A stretch of 63,639 nucleotides of DNA, filler included, from Folioceros fuciformis (GCA_049999805.1; 10 parts of 10 records of this genome joined end to end with filler, not necessarily neighbours in it); one strand, 5' to 3'; counted from the whole stretch's first letter, positions 38,948-52,500 are shown. Numbers and translations are program-made. The notes: generated by a model not told the origin, from the letters alone.

Positions 38948-39508
38948 TGTAGGGTTATTAAAGCCCAATGTGCTTAGACTAATGTGACTAGTCTAATTAA
39001 ACTAATGTGATTAGTTTAACTAGACTAATGTAATTAATTTAAGATTAGTGTCTAATTAAGTATCATTAGTTTAGATTAGCTTAAGCTAATCTTTAGGAAG
39101 CTTCCTGCATAGCTTCCTTGGGAGCTTTTCTAGAGGTATAAATACCCTCTTGAGCTCCCTTTGCAATAGAGCTGTGAGAGACACTGTGAGACCTCTCTTT
39201 CTCCTCTCCTCCTTGCCTCCTCCTCTCCTCTTCTTCACCATGTAGCTCCTAGCGATCCTTCAAGTGGTATCAGAGCAGGTGGTGGAGCAGAAGGATGATG
39301 TCCCTGATGTTGCGAACAAAGTAGCTGAAAGAGAGACATTGGAGTGGCTGTATGCAACATCCGGAGTGCAAGGGCCTCTACCCCGGAGAGGAAGCCAGGA
39401 GCGGGGCGACCTCCAAGCCTCGGGACGCCCATCCACAGGAGGACGAACGCAGGCGGCATTGAGCGCGGCAAGCGCACATAGCAGCCCAGGCACACAAGTC
39501 CCCCCACT
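38948..39508 (+). mobile_element. 5' end of a copia element: LTR 38948-39262, PBS 39265-39276
   Basis: TGTAGGG...TTCA followed by AG-TGGTATCAGAGC. The LTR is homologous to 36302-36593 in inverted orientation. Confidence 0.9.
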
Positions 39509-40878
39509 NNNNNNNNNNNNNNNNNNNNNNNNNNNNNNNNNNNNNNNNNNNNTTAATTAATTAANNNNNNNNNNNNNNNNNNNNNNNNNNNNNNNNNNNN
39601 NNNNNNNNGTTGTAATGTAAGCAACTGGGCCAACATAGGGTACGCGCGTTGGCTAGGAGTTTGTCAGTCACACCTTCGCACCAATCCGAGGGGCACACGA
39701 AAAACCAACTCTATAATCTGGACACACGAGTACAAGGCCTTTCTCCTCTAGCTATGGCGCTCTTCAAGTGCAACTTCAAAGACTAACTTCCTTTCACCTT
39801 GTCTCCTGGTGTTAGTGCCTTTCTAGGGTTTTTCCAACGTGTTCACAATTTCGGGGTTCTAGCCTTTTTCTAGCTACTTGAATCTGTCTCTTATTCGTTA
39901 TAACTATGTTCCCAAATTAATAAAATAAAAGGGAATAATAGCTATTATCCATACTATACTAAGGGACAAACTTAAAACTATGGATGTGAACTTGCCTTAC
40001 CTTCCTTCTTGTGCTCGAGCATAGCATAGTAGTAGAAGTAGTCTCAGGACTCCCAATAGTCTCTATTGCAAAACAAACATGTCACCTATCTCGACCTCCC
40101 TAGCAACTTCCTATCAAGGGGACTGAAGCACCACCCAAACAAATCTTCTCTCTCACAATTTTGCAAACAAATCCAAACAAATCTTCCTCGCTCGCAATTT
40201 TGCAAATAATCCATAACCATCTACTTGGATTTGCTTAGAAGATTATAGACAACATTAGGATTGAGAGGTCTAGAGCTAGTCTTGTTCATAAGAGGAGTCA
40301 AAGAATTGTTTGCCTCAAATACTTGAGACAGATTTTGAAGGCACTTTGATTTATGTAGGGCCAGGGCAGCCTTGTTGAATGGACTAGGAAGGAGCCTACT
40401 TGCAGCACTTCCTTCCTCTAACAAAAAAATCCTTTCATTATCTTTCACCCATGGAGCATCCCTAGCCAACACCATTCAAGATTAAGAGGCATACTTAGTC
40501 CACAAGCTTCTCTAAGGTGGAAGTCAACAAAATAATGAGAACCTTCTAGGTATGTTCATTGAAATGTTCTACTTTCTTGCCTTCATTATTTCTAAGGACT
40601 TCCCTTGACACAAGAGTAGTAAAGATCTTCTCTTACAATTGTGGTTTAGGGTTTTTACCAGTAATTATAACTTATACCTTCTCAACACTTAATTTTAATC
40701 TTTTTGCCTTTAACACTTTGTGCATTGTTCTATGACATGCATTTAATTGAATAGAAGATCTAGAAAAGTCCATTTAAGAAAATACATAGATATATAGATT
40801 AAATCATATATTTGTTCAATGACCCAAAGCTACGGTTTTAGTTATATAATCTAAAGACTGTATAACTAATTCCATTTG

Positions 40879-42010
40879 GTTCTTCTTCTTAGTGAAAAGA
40901 AGTTTGGCTCTATGTGGAACCCTGTTGCGCAAAGTATATGGACACTCCCTATATGGAAGAAACCCACACTCCCTAACCATTGAGAACATGACATCTTGAA
41001 TTGCATCATGGGTGGCAATGCAGTGCCCCTCAACGAGACAAGGCACGAGATGGGACCCTGTATCGACAATGGCAACCCCACAACTGCATGTAGAGAGAGA
41101 AAAAGCTAAGGGGTGGGCCAAATTTAAGCAAAATCTCATTGCGGTAGCGAAAGTTGTTGGTGCGATTTGAAATGCCTAGATACGAGGTCGAGCCAAAAGC
41201 CAAGAGCCCACTCCTTTACTTGAACAAGAGCAAATACGAGCCCAAGAAAACCTAAGGATGGATAAGTTTGAAAGAAGGGCTCTTAATGCTAGGCCATATT
41301 GCTTTTCCAAGAGGAAAGCCCTCTCCTTTACCTGAACAAGAGCGAATATGAGCCCGAGAAGATCTAGGGATGGATGAGTTTGAAAGAAGGGCTTTCAGTG
41401 CTTCGCCATATTGCTTTTCCAAGAGGAAGGCCTGGAGACTCCTCAACCCTTCCTTAGAAAATGAGGTGAAAGGAGGTAGAGCCTCATGAGCCTCCAAAGG
41501 TAAAGAGTCCCGCGCTTGTTTAAGAGATACCTATAAAGGAAAAAATCTTTCCTCAACGCTTAAGATAAAATCTTCAAGAAAAGGGAAATCTTGCAGCAAA
41601 AAAGAGAGGGCTTAGAAACTTGGATTTAGGGTTCTCCAAGAAAGGCAACTTAGGCTGAGGCCTCCATGATCAAAAGGCCAACCCCACCAAAGGCAACCGA
41701 CAAGGATACCTGCTTTTGAGCCAAATTACTGACGACACACTCAAAGGTGCAAGGACCTATGATGTCCCCAAGAACTTGCATACCTTGATAGTTGAACTTC
41801 TTGAGAGTTAATAAGAAAATTAAAGAAGGTGCAACACATCTAGTGAGGTAACTTGGTTGTTGCGCAAAATAGAAAGAAAGAATACCAAAAGCAACATGAG
41901 GGTCACAGATTTGTGAGAGGTTTATGATATGAGCCAAATCTTCATCCAACGTCGCATCCACAAACCTATGAACAAAATCAAGAGGTCTCACAAGAACACC
42001 CAAGACTCGA
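40879..42010 (-). mobile_element. Degenerate CRE-like non-LTR retrotransposon 3' part (post-RT region, zinc finger and RLE-type motifs)
   Basis: DPHVAFGILS...SYLTRCVAP, QVSLSVAFGGVGL, RAHIRSCSG and CSCG...DTGSHLVPC...HCIATHDAIQD. There is also an internal ~112-bp tandem duplication at 41221-41428. Confidence 0.65.
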
Positions 42011-42698
42011 TGCTGCTAAACCCCATGTTGCTAAACCATAAACCCATTTTGCTCCGCCATGCCACTAAATGTAAACCCCTGTTGCTCTATCATGCAGGTA
42101 AACCCTAAATCTTAATTGTTTGCTCCATCATGTTGCTATTCCATTCTCATATGCTATGTCATTCCTACAACCCTCTTACCCTACCCCTACACCACTCATA
42201 CTATTGTTGTATATTGCTCCTATAGCATACTATCACATCGCTCATTCCCCTTCTATGGGAGATCAATCATATTGCCTCTCTTGCGCCCATTTCTCCATGC
42301 CGCTCTCCTCTACAACACTTCTACACTCATTGCTCAACATCCCTCCACTCTACACCCACACCTCTTCCTTGTTTCACACTCCTCCACCACACTCCACCCT
42401 ATTGCTCCACATCGAACTGTGATATGCTTTTTATTGAATAGAAGATCTCGAAGAGTTCATTATAGTAAATACTTGGATATATGGATTAAATCATATCTTA
42501 TTTGTTCAATGGCCCAAAGCTATGCTTTTCAACGTTTTACAATCTTGAGATTGCACAACTAATTCTATTTCAAAAGCTCTTCTAATATTGTATTATATNN
42601 NNNNNNNNNNNNNNNNNNNNNNNNNNNNNNNNNNNNNNNNNNTTAATTAATTAANNNNNNNNNNNNNNNNNNNNNNNNNNNNNNNNNNNNNNNNNNNN

Positions 42699-43016
42699 CG
42701 GGGAGGCGTGAAAGCTAACATTTTTGAGGATACGCGGGCCTGCAGTCCGGGCCTCCGGGTCCGGCTCTCCTTCATACGCCTGGTTGTTGTGTACGCTCAG
42801 CGCCGTAGCCCTCGCCAGCGATTTCTGTGTCTCGGCTATCCTGCTTAGCAGGCGCGGGAGGATGCCAAATTGTCGGCGCGTGTAGCTCAGGTCTGTGACG
42901 CTGATGTTGAAGGTGGGCGTGCCACTGGGCGGGACGACTGTCACTACTGTAGCATTGCCATCCCCATCGCCTTGTTGCTTCCCCATGGACGCTGCGCAAG
43001 GAGGAGTCCCGTCCAT
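42699..43016 (-). CDS. N-terminal fragment of an ABCG transporter, cut by the contig end
   Basis: FNISVTDLSY...RILKNVSFHASP, the segment that precedes Walker A in ABCG half-transporters. Confidence 0.65.
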
Positions 43017-43302
43017 CCCGACAATTTGTGTTCCCCCCGATTTACCCACCAAGTGGAGTTTGTTACCAACCGCGCGCAGGAATTGCGACAACTGGTCTTG
43101 GTAAGAGGTAAAGTAACAAATCGGTTAGGTGAACATGTGTGCATGCGTGCTGCTCTCGTATCAACCATAAAGATCTAAATGTCATCCTTCGAAGGGGCTA
43201 GATATTTTTACTCGTATTACTTAATGTAGATATATCTAGATAACGTATTATAAAATTTAAATATGTAGGTTTTTTCACTTAAGTGTCTTGGGAATCTCAT
43301 GG

Positions 43303-43982
43303 TTAATATCTTCCTCTTTACAAGTGTTTCTATTAAGAAGGGTAATTTTTTGTCCTTAAATCTTGAGACCGTTTTTATCAAAGTTCAGTGTTGAGTTTTC
43401 ACATTCAAAGAATTATTTTATTCTACAGAGAGAGAGAGCAAAATAACAGTTTCTTAATCAAAGACACTAGTTCGTGTCCTTACATGGTTAGAAAAGAAGT
43501 TAACTATTATTCTAGAAAGAGGCTAATCTTAGTTTTTTGATATATATATTTAGAGGAACCCTAGATCATAGAAAGCTTTCTCGACTCCAGGAGTACCTTA
43601 CTTTATATATGTGTAGACTGGTGATCAACCTTATCGTTAATATCTTTCTCTTTAGAAGTGTTTCTATTTAGAAAGGTAATTTTTGGTTCTTAGATCTTGA
43701 GTCCATTTTTATCAAATTTTAGTGTTAAGTTTTCACATTTTTTCTCTCTCTATAAAAGAATTCTTTAAAGAATTCTATTATAGAGAGAGAAAAATAGCAG
43801 TTTCTTAATCAAAGACATTAATTGGTGTCCTTACATAATTAGAAAAGAAGTTAACTATTATTTTAGAAAGAGGCCAATCTTAGTTATATATATATATCTA
43901 TGCTTAGAGGAACCCTAGATCATAGAAAGCTTTCTCGACTCCAAGAGTATCTTGCTCTATATATGTGTAGACTGGTGATCAA
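43303..43982. repeat. Tandem duplication of a ~335-345 bp AT-rich unit (43303-43628 and 43637-43982)
   Basis: Both units begin ttaatatctt(c/t)ctcttta and end gtgtagactggtgatcaa. Confidence 0.9.
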
Positions 43983-44225
43983 TCACATTCTATGGTAGGG
44001 CACTATCTTGCGACTTAGGAACACTCCTAATGTACATGTTCATATATCATACTCCTACAACATATTAATATGCACCAAGAGTTGTGCCTTACTACACAGT
44101 AGATGAGGAGACAGTAGGATTAGGAGACGAGTTAAGCGTGTGAGACAAGGTTATATTTTCTTTTATGGTTGGAATATTGTGAGGGGATTCACCACCAATT
44201 GGAAAGGGCTCGTCTACAATTCAAT

Positions 44226-44999
44226 ATGTCGTCGATCACATTTCAAGGACCTAGCTATTCTATCTCTCATTGGTATTTCACAAGGGAGCAGATAGAGTGC
44301 AATTCCCCCTCCAGAAAGGACAATATTAATTTGGAGAGAGAGACCTATTTCCGGAAATCCTATTGCGACTTTTTGCGACATCTTGGCAAGCAATTGAAAC
44401 TGCCCCACAATGCTATCGCATCAGCCATAGTTTTCTGTCATAGATTTTTCCTCCGCCAATCACATTTAAAGAATAATAGACTTACAGTTGCTACTATTTG
44501 CATGTTTCTGGCCACCAAAGTTGAGGGTGTCCAACGTGGTGTTGTTGAGGTAATTCGTTGTAGTTATCCATTACGATTTAAGGGTGATGAAAGTGCTCTG
44601 GAGCGGATGAAGTTGAAGCAAGAACAGGTGATTGAGGAGCAAAAGCAACTTATTTTGTGTGGTGAGCACCTCGTATTAAAAACTTTGAATTTTGACCTAG
44701 AAATTCATCATCCGTACAAGCCACTTTTAACTGCAAGCAAGATGTTAAAAGTATCAGATTACAATCGCATCCGACTAGTCCAATTAGCTTGGAACTTTGT
44801 GACTGATGCGTTGTGTACATCACTTCCAATGCAATTTGAACCTCATCACATTGCAGTTGGGGCAATCTTTCTTGCAGCAAAGTTCCTTAAGATTGATCTA
44901 TCCATTAATAGTGAACACCGACTTTGGTGGCATGGATTTAATGTCACCTTACGACAATTAAACGAAGTGAGTAATCAAGTCCTAGAAGTCTATGAATAA
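44226..44999 (+). CDS. CYCT1: Cyclin T1-like protein, intronless and lacking the C-terminal tail (probable retrocopy)
   Basis: WYFTREQIECNSPSRKD, ASAIVFCHRFFLRQSH, TLNFDLEIHHPYKPL, AWNFVTDALCTSL and PHHIAVGAIFLAAKFLK. The frame stops right after the second cyclin fold. Confidence 0.88.
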   Translation: MSSITFQGPSYSISHWYFTREQIECNSPSRKDNINLERETYFRKSYCDFLRHLGKQLKLPHNAIASAIVFCHRFFLRQSHLKNNRLTVATICMFLATKVEGVQRGVVEVIRCSYPLRFKGDESALERMKLKQEQVIEEQKQLILCGEHLVLKTLNFDLEIHHPYKPLLTASKMLKVSDYNRIRLVQLAWNFVTDALCTSLPMQFEPHHIAVGAIFLAAKFLKIDLSINSEHRLWWHGFNVTLRQLNEVSNQVLEVYE

Positions 45000-45269
45000 A
45001 TATAGTTGGTGGATAATTTTATTTTACAAAGTATAATTTTTTTTGAGATTCTTGTATAATCTATTTATATATAATTTTTTCTTGCAAGGGTGTATTTAAA
45101 TTATTAAAAAGAAATTAAAAATTCTATCTATTCTAAATATTAGAGGAACAACCGAGCACAGCCATAAGGNNNNNNNNNNNNNNNNNNNNNNNNNNNNNNN
45201 NNNNNNNNNNNNNTTAATTAATTAANNNNNNNNNNNNNNNNNNNNNNNNNNNNNNNNNNNNNNNNNNNN

Positions 45270-48200
45270 CATATTGACAACATAGTCTGGCTTCCATTCA
45301 TCTATTGGACGACGAGCTCTTGTTGAGCGACGAAGAGGAGGGTCGACGGGTTTATCTTCTGCAATGGCAGGACCAGCAACAGTGGGTGAGAGCACTAGTT
45401 CAACAACTTCATCATCAGCAATGCAGGAACTTCAATAGGATGAGTAGCTTCTGCTAAAACTGAATCTTCAGATGGGTGGTTTTGCACAGCAGATGAAGCT
45501 CGCTATGCAGACTGTGCTGGTGCTGGCTTGGGCTGCTAAATGGAGCTCCCCCTTGAACCCAGAGGCTCCTCATCGTCGTCATAGGTGGTCAAGGAAAGAG
45601 AATCAAGGGGCTCATCAATTTGAACACCATAAATCGAGGAAGAAACCTCAGTAGGTGTATGCACCAATTGCAAGTGGCGTTGAAGAAGGGCATTCTCGTT
45701 AAAAACTACGCTTCGTGAAATAGTCAGTGAGCGGGAATCAGGATCAAAAAGCTTATAGCCCTTCCCATCATCGGAATAGCCAACAAAGATACGTCGATGT
45801 GCCTTGGGATCTAGCTTGGTACGCAACTCAGAGGGAATAAAAGCATATGCAGGTGAGCCAAACACTTGTAGGTGAGAAATGCGAAGTTTCTTGCTTGTCC
45901 ATCTTTCATATGGTGTGATTGATCCCAACTCCTTCGTAGGCAGCCGATTCTGGATGTAGTTGGTAGCCATGAGGGCCTCCACCCAATAACCACGAGTGAG
46001 GCCAGCAAAAAGTAAACTCGCCAAGGTGGCCTCCTGCAGTGTTCTGTTCTTCCGCTCAGCAAAGGAGTTTTGTGCTGGAGTGTAGGGCACAGTGAATGGA
46101 TGATGAATCCCTTCAGCTTCGCAAAAATCCTGGAAAGCTCGGCTGGTATACTCACCACCGTTGTCTGTGCGAAGAATCTTCATACGGGCACCAGTATGCC
46201 TTTGTGCATACCTCATAAGAGACTAGAAGCACTCAAGGGCTTCACTCTTGTGCTTGAGCAAATATATGGTGCAGTATCCGCTCCACTCATCTACAAATGT
46301 GATAAAATATGATGCACCTCCAAACGAAGCCGTCAATATGAGGCCACAGATGTCACTATGAATTGTTTCAAGAACTGCTCTTGCACGGGTAAGGTGCTTG
46401 TCCCGGTAAGCCAAGGAATGTGCCTTGCTCACATGAGTCACAGAAAGGGCTAGACTCTGGGATGAAGTTGAGGGTATCTCTAAAACTACCACTATGAGCT
46501 AGAGACGGCAATTTCTGAAAATTAACATGGCCAAGGTGATAGTGCCAGAGATGCATGGTGGGTTTTGCCTGGAGGGCATGTGCAGATGGAATGGTAGGAG
46601 GTTCCAAAGTTAAGACATCAAGCATGTACAAGTCATTATATGGGTGGCCAGAAAACAACTTGTGATTGAAGTTGGGGCTAAATATATGACAACCTGTGTG
46701 GTCGAAGCAGACTTGACACAAGTGTTCTTGGGTGAGTTTGTAAACAGACATGAGGTTCTTCGTCATAGTTGGGACATAGAGTACTCCTGATACGGTGAGA
46801 CTCCCATGCCCAGGTAGTTGTATCATGACACAATCTGTGCCCTTTATTGATAAACCACTATCATCACCTAACAGCACAAACTGCTTATCATCTTTAGAGG
46901 GAACAAAAGATGAGAAGGCACGCTTGTCTAGACATATGTGACTTGTAGCATCTGAATCTAGAAACCACTTATCTTGCTGGACAGTGACAGAATTCACACA
47001 AACAGCAAGTATTGAAGGCGACTTGACTCTGCCCACGGCTACATTGGACTCTGGAAGAGCTGACTCCTTTCTGGGTTCACCATTGCTCTTCTTTCTGCAG
47101 TCCCTCTCATAATGCCCTGGTATTTTACACCAAATGCATATTAAAGTTTTCTTCTGGAAGTTGGGCAGCCTTGATGAAGGTGGATTGAACGAGCCTCTTC
47201 CACGACCTCGTCCACGATATCCTCCATGCCCACGTGAGGCAAATAGCACCCGATTGCTGTTGTTGCTTGTAGAGCCTCTATTCTTATGAAGAGTCCTTGA
47301 CCTTTCTTCCACCAAGAGTGCTCCAAGGACTTCCTCCAAGGTAACAGTAGGCATGCTCCCAGCTGTTGCTGCCTGAACTGCTGCTCGAATAGTTGCATTT
47401 TGTGAACTCACCTATTGTCCGTAGGCGTCTGGCAGAGAAGCAAGAAGGCTTACAGTAGCCTGAGCTTCTGTTAAAACAGTGCTACAACAAGCCAAGTTAG
47501 CCCTCAAGGTCCTAAACTTGTGTATATAGCTCTCGACGGGCTTAGAGTTCTTCATCCGCAAGTTGAAAAAATCACGGTATGCATGCACCATCGAGGCTGA
47601 GCTTTTGTCTTCATAAATGAGTTTGAATGCCTTCCACACAACATTAGAGGTGGCTGCACCTATTGTATGAGGCATCATAGTTCTATCCAGGGAGGCAATC
47701 AATATTGATCGAGCCCTCCTATCCTTCCACTGCCAAGCTAGGACATTTTCTGGTGGGGATGCAGGACAGGCTTCTGAGCCGTCTACAACGCCCATCAACT
47801 TATCCTCATCAAAGATCTGCGTTAGTCTCATGGACCAAATAGCATAATTGGTCCCATTAAACCTGTCTTTGTCCCTGAACTCTATTTTGAGAGGAACTAC
47901 ACTACGAGTTGCTGTGAGGATAGGGGCAAGAGTGCCACCTGACATATTTGCTAAGACAGTGTTACTCACCAACCTAAACTGCGACCTACGCTCGAGAAGC
48001 AACCTAGACTGCACTGCCTGAGGAGAGAAATCAAAAAGTGAGTAATCCACAAACTCGATGTCAAAATCGTGAAAAAGAAAAGGCAAATCAGCAGTGTTGT
48101 CCTCCTCAGGTTGCATACGACATGGATTCTAAGAGTATTGAAGAACAATGCCCAAACATTGAGACCTGTTTGTCAAGACTCAAAGCAGAAAGATGATCCA

Positions 48201-48792
48201 GACGAATCTCATGAAGAATCTGGATAGATTCAGAAAGGCAGTCAATCAACTCCTTTTGAGTGTGCAGGCGTTGTAGATTGGTGACAGGGAGGTGTACCAA
48301 AGATCTGGCAGTGACGTGGGTTGAAGATAGTGTTCTTCGCGTTCTCGCAAAGGGGCTAGCAACAGGTCGAATCTCAAACGGCTGTACGCTCGTAAAACAA
48401 CTCGCTCTCAGGCCATGGTGCTGAACAATGGAAGGCGGTGTTGGGCGTGATGTGCACTTTTCCTCCTCTCTGCACTCGGGGCAAAGCAAGCCGGAAACTG
48501 CAACTAGACGAGGCAGTTGGGCACGCTTATCACCGGCCTTTGTGTAACGCTTCGGCATCCTGGAGATTGGCTGGTTGATCACTCATATACAGAGAATCAA
48601 GGCTCTGCTACCATAAAGTATTCCTAACCCCATCTACTAGAAGCACCATGAAGCAAGCAAGCGGACGATCGTGAGAAGCCAAAAATGTCTTCAGAGAGAG
48701 AGCGATTGATGCACAAAGATGTTCTTAAGTACAGATGGATGAAGACGGTTTTCATAACCGCTGTAACTACACGAGCAGCTACACTAACTACA
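45270..48792 (-). mobile_element. Degenerate Ty1/copia element: short LTR ~48614-48792, PBS 48602-48613, gag-PR-IN, cut by the contig end
   Basis: TGGTAGCAGAGC PBS; NGTNYAIWSMRL; CIWCKIPGHYERDC; IHSDICG; RTDNGGEY. In-frame TAG at 47412-47414 plus frameshifts. Confidence 0.92.
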
Positions 48793-49545
48793 AGGTAAGT
48801 CCTATGCTTCTTTTTATCTACCATTAACTAGGTCTTTTTGGGATGGAGTCTATTGTTCTTGTATTGTTGTCTTCCTATATTATCAAAGAGCATTTTGCAA
48901 TGCTCCTTCAACCCTTAGTATTTTGCTTGCTTTTGTTGCTAAAGATATTATTTTATCCCCAAGATTTCCTTCTCTCTTTAAGGATTTTTTTGGCCACCAT
49001 TGGTCACCTTAGATTAGGAGATTGGGAGCTTTTGCAAGAGGAGATGGCTACACACCAAGTTATAAGTTGGATTTTGCTATAATGGATTTTGTTCATCTAG
49101 ATCGGGTAAAGATGTATTTCGAGAGATATTTATTATCAAGCTAGGCTAGAAAATTTCAAAGTTCCTTCTTTGTCTTGGGCTCCTTATTTGCAATCGGTGT
49201 GACTCTTTTTTAATATAAATCAATGGCTGATTAGTTGTCATATCAAAGTTGAATTGGCTCTTCTAAAGTAAATTAAATCTACTTAAAAAAGATATTATCC
49301 AAACAACTTCTCTAGCAGCTTCTACCATGATATCATATTTTATTTATGTAGAGAGAAGACAAATTTACTTCTATGATATCTTATCTAGTCCATCTTGGTA
49401 CGTGAATTAAGTGATTAATAGTTTATTGATGAGACTTTCTTCTTANNNNNNNNNNNNNNNNNNNNNNNNNNNNNNNNNNNNNNNNNNNNTTAATTAATTA
49501 ANNNNNNNNNNNNNNNNNNNNNNNNNNNNNNNNNNNNNNNNNNNN

Positions 49546-52500
49546 AACGAAACCCTAAGCAATGATTCAATACACTATCTTCCATTAGTTTGGAGGTCAG
49601 GATTACGACATATGGGTAATCCGCATGAAAGGGGCCTTACAAAATAGGAAGTTGTGGAAGGTAGTCACTGGGGAAGAGAAGGCCCCAGTGACCCCCACAC
49701 CTCCCACGTTACCTACAGCTGCTGAGAAAAAGTTAATTGATGCATGGGATGCAAAGGATGAGGCAGCTATGTTCCTCATCAAGAGTGGTCTTACCTCAGA
49801 GATGTTAAGACAGACTTCAGGATGTACAACCTCAGCACAAATATGGATAAGACTTCAAGACCTGTATGCAGGCAGCAACCAAACAAGTCAAATGACAGCT
49901 TTGAGAAATTTACAGTTATGTAAAATGAGAGAAGGAGAATCAATCGAAAAGCACCTTCGACACTTTAGGACACTTGTGTCCAGACTTGAAAGTGCTTCAA
50001 ACGAGGTTGTTAAAGATGATACACTAATACTTTACTTCCTCATATTCTTACCAGACTCTTGGTCACATTTTGTGACCTCCTTCAATGCCTCGAGACTCCA
50101 GACTGAGAAGCTTGCAAAGGCAGCAGGTGTAATCCTGCCGGAAACCAGCTTTGCAGAGTTAGTGGGAGCCTTATTGCAAGAGGAAGCAAGCAAATCTTAC
50201 AACAGACGAGCTGGTAAGCAGCAAGCCCTCTATACATCCAACAGAGGACGTGGAGGAGGAAGACCCTATAACAGGGGTGGGGGCAGTACCTCGAGAGGTG
50301 GTGGTTCACAAGGACGTGGAACCAGCCAGAGAAAACCCAAAAGGACAGGAACTTGCAACTGGTGCAAATTACCTGGTCATTGGGAGCGTGAGTGTAGGAA
50401 AAAGCAGGCTGGTGTACCTCGCAAGGAGGGTTCGACCAGTGCTGAGACTCACATGGTTGTTAAGAAGCAACCAACCCCCTCTGCCCTCACAGTTGGTACA
50501 ACTGTGTTTGCCACAAGTTCATCCTTGTCACCTGCTTGTTTGTCTGCAAATACAAAGGTTAAGTATACCATAGATTGGTACTTAGACACAGGGGCTACTG
50601 CCCATATTTGCCTAGACAGAAAAGCATTTCAAACGTACAAATCAGTTAAGGATCAGTACGTATACCTGGGGGATGACAGATCTCTGGTGTCTCCTGGCAT
50701 TGGAACAATAGAACTGCCTGTTCCATCAGGAAATGTATTAGTGTTGCATGACGTGTACTGTGTACCAGACATGACACGTAACCTCATTTCAGTCAGAAAG
50801 CTGAATTCTGATAATCACTGTCACATTCTCTTTACTCAAACAGAATGTCAAGTATTAGATGCCTTTAATCATACTAGAGTACTTGCCTTTGGGTCTTCTG
50901 AGAAGGACTTGTTCCGTCTACATACAGATAGAAGTATACCATTTTCTCATTTGACCAAGGATGCTACTCATGCACCTGCACAGCAAATAGAAAAGTCAAA
51001 ACTATGGCATTTACGATTAGGGCACCCACATTCAGCAAAATTACAGAAATTAGCTGTAAGTGATCTTTACCAGCATGGGCAGATAGGTCCTCTGGTGCCA
51101 CTTCCTTTGTGTGAGTCTTGTGTTCTCTCAAAGCGGCATCAAGCAACCTTTAAGAACAAAGAACTACACAGAGCTACAGATGTCCTGGAACTTGTTCATA
51201 CGGACTTATGTGGACCACTCTCACAAGAATCCATTGGTGGTGGCAAGTATTTCCTGACATTTACAGATGACAAGACAAGGTTTGTAACAACCTATATCTT
51301 AAAGCAAAAGAGTGAATGCTTCAGCTATTTTAAAGAATATCTCAAGTATGTTGAAAGGTGGACTGGAAAACAACTAAAAACCCTAAGATCTGATAACGGG
51401 GGAGAGTTTACCTCAAAGGAGTTTCAGGACTACTGTTTAACTGAGGGTATTGGACGCCAGCTTACAGTTGTCTACACGCCTTAACAGAATGGCATGGCTG
51501 AGCGCCTCAATCTTACGTTGCAGGAGATGACATCTTCTCTCCTACATCATGCTCAGCTGCCCCAGCCATATTGGGCAGAGGCCATTATGACATCAACCTA
51601 TCTCAAAAACAGACTGCCTACCACTTCAGTTGTTGATCTTACCCCTTATGAAGCGTTCACAGGGCGCAAGCCATCCATACTTCACTTGCGTATCTTTGGT
51701 TGTAAAGCATACGCCTTTGTTCCTAAGGAGAAAAGAAAGAAGCTATTAGACAAGGCTAGAAAACTTCTGATGTTAGGCTATACAGAGGGCATCAAAGCAT
51801 ATAAACTTTATGATATACCTAAAAATAAAGTTATCTATGCTAGGAGCGTTACTTTTGATGAAGGTAGCACTTGGGCCTCAGTGGGAGTATCCCAGGATCC
51901 TCCTCTTGGTGACGAAGAGGCATCAGCGTTTCAAGATTCACACTTTGACCAGACTGATCATGGCACTCAAGTTGTTCCTGTTGAGGATGTTGCCCCTGTG
52001 GGTGGGGTAGATCCGGCTGATGATATTGATGATTCAGCAGGTTTTGATGATGTAGCTGTAGAACCTGCACAACAAAATGTTCCAGACAATCATCAGGATC
52101 AACAGGACCATCATCCTCCAGAACCAATTGCTGATCCGACTGAGCCTACCTTAGATGCTGAGCTTGTTGACCCTCCAGTTGCTGAAGAACCAGTTAGAAG
52201 GTATCTCACCCGCCAGCGACAACCTCCTGACTACTACCGTGCTCCGGATTTCCGAGCTTCTTCTTCTCATGTGACTGTCAATGCTACCACTTCTCTTGAT
52301 CCCATTGAGCCTCAATCCTATGAAGAGGCGTTGCGTAGACCTGATCACAAAGAATGGGAAAAAGAAATTCAATCAGAGTATGACTCATTAATGGAGAACG
52401 GAACATGGGAACTAGTGGAGTTACCTCCAGAAAGAAAGCTAGTTTCATGCAAATGGGTTTTCAAACTGAAGGTTAAGGCAGATGGTACCTTCGATCGTTA

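Noticed and set aside
47412-47414. In-frame TAG in gag as programmed readthrough
   Set aside because: It lies mid-gag, lacks the CARYYA context, and the element has other disabling mutations. A point mutation is more likely.
48106-48582. 158-aa ORF in the copia leader
   Set aside because: No recognisable motifs, and no counterpart seen in the related elements.
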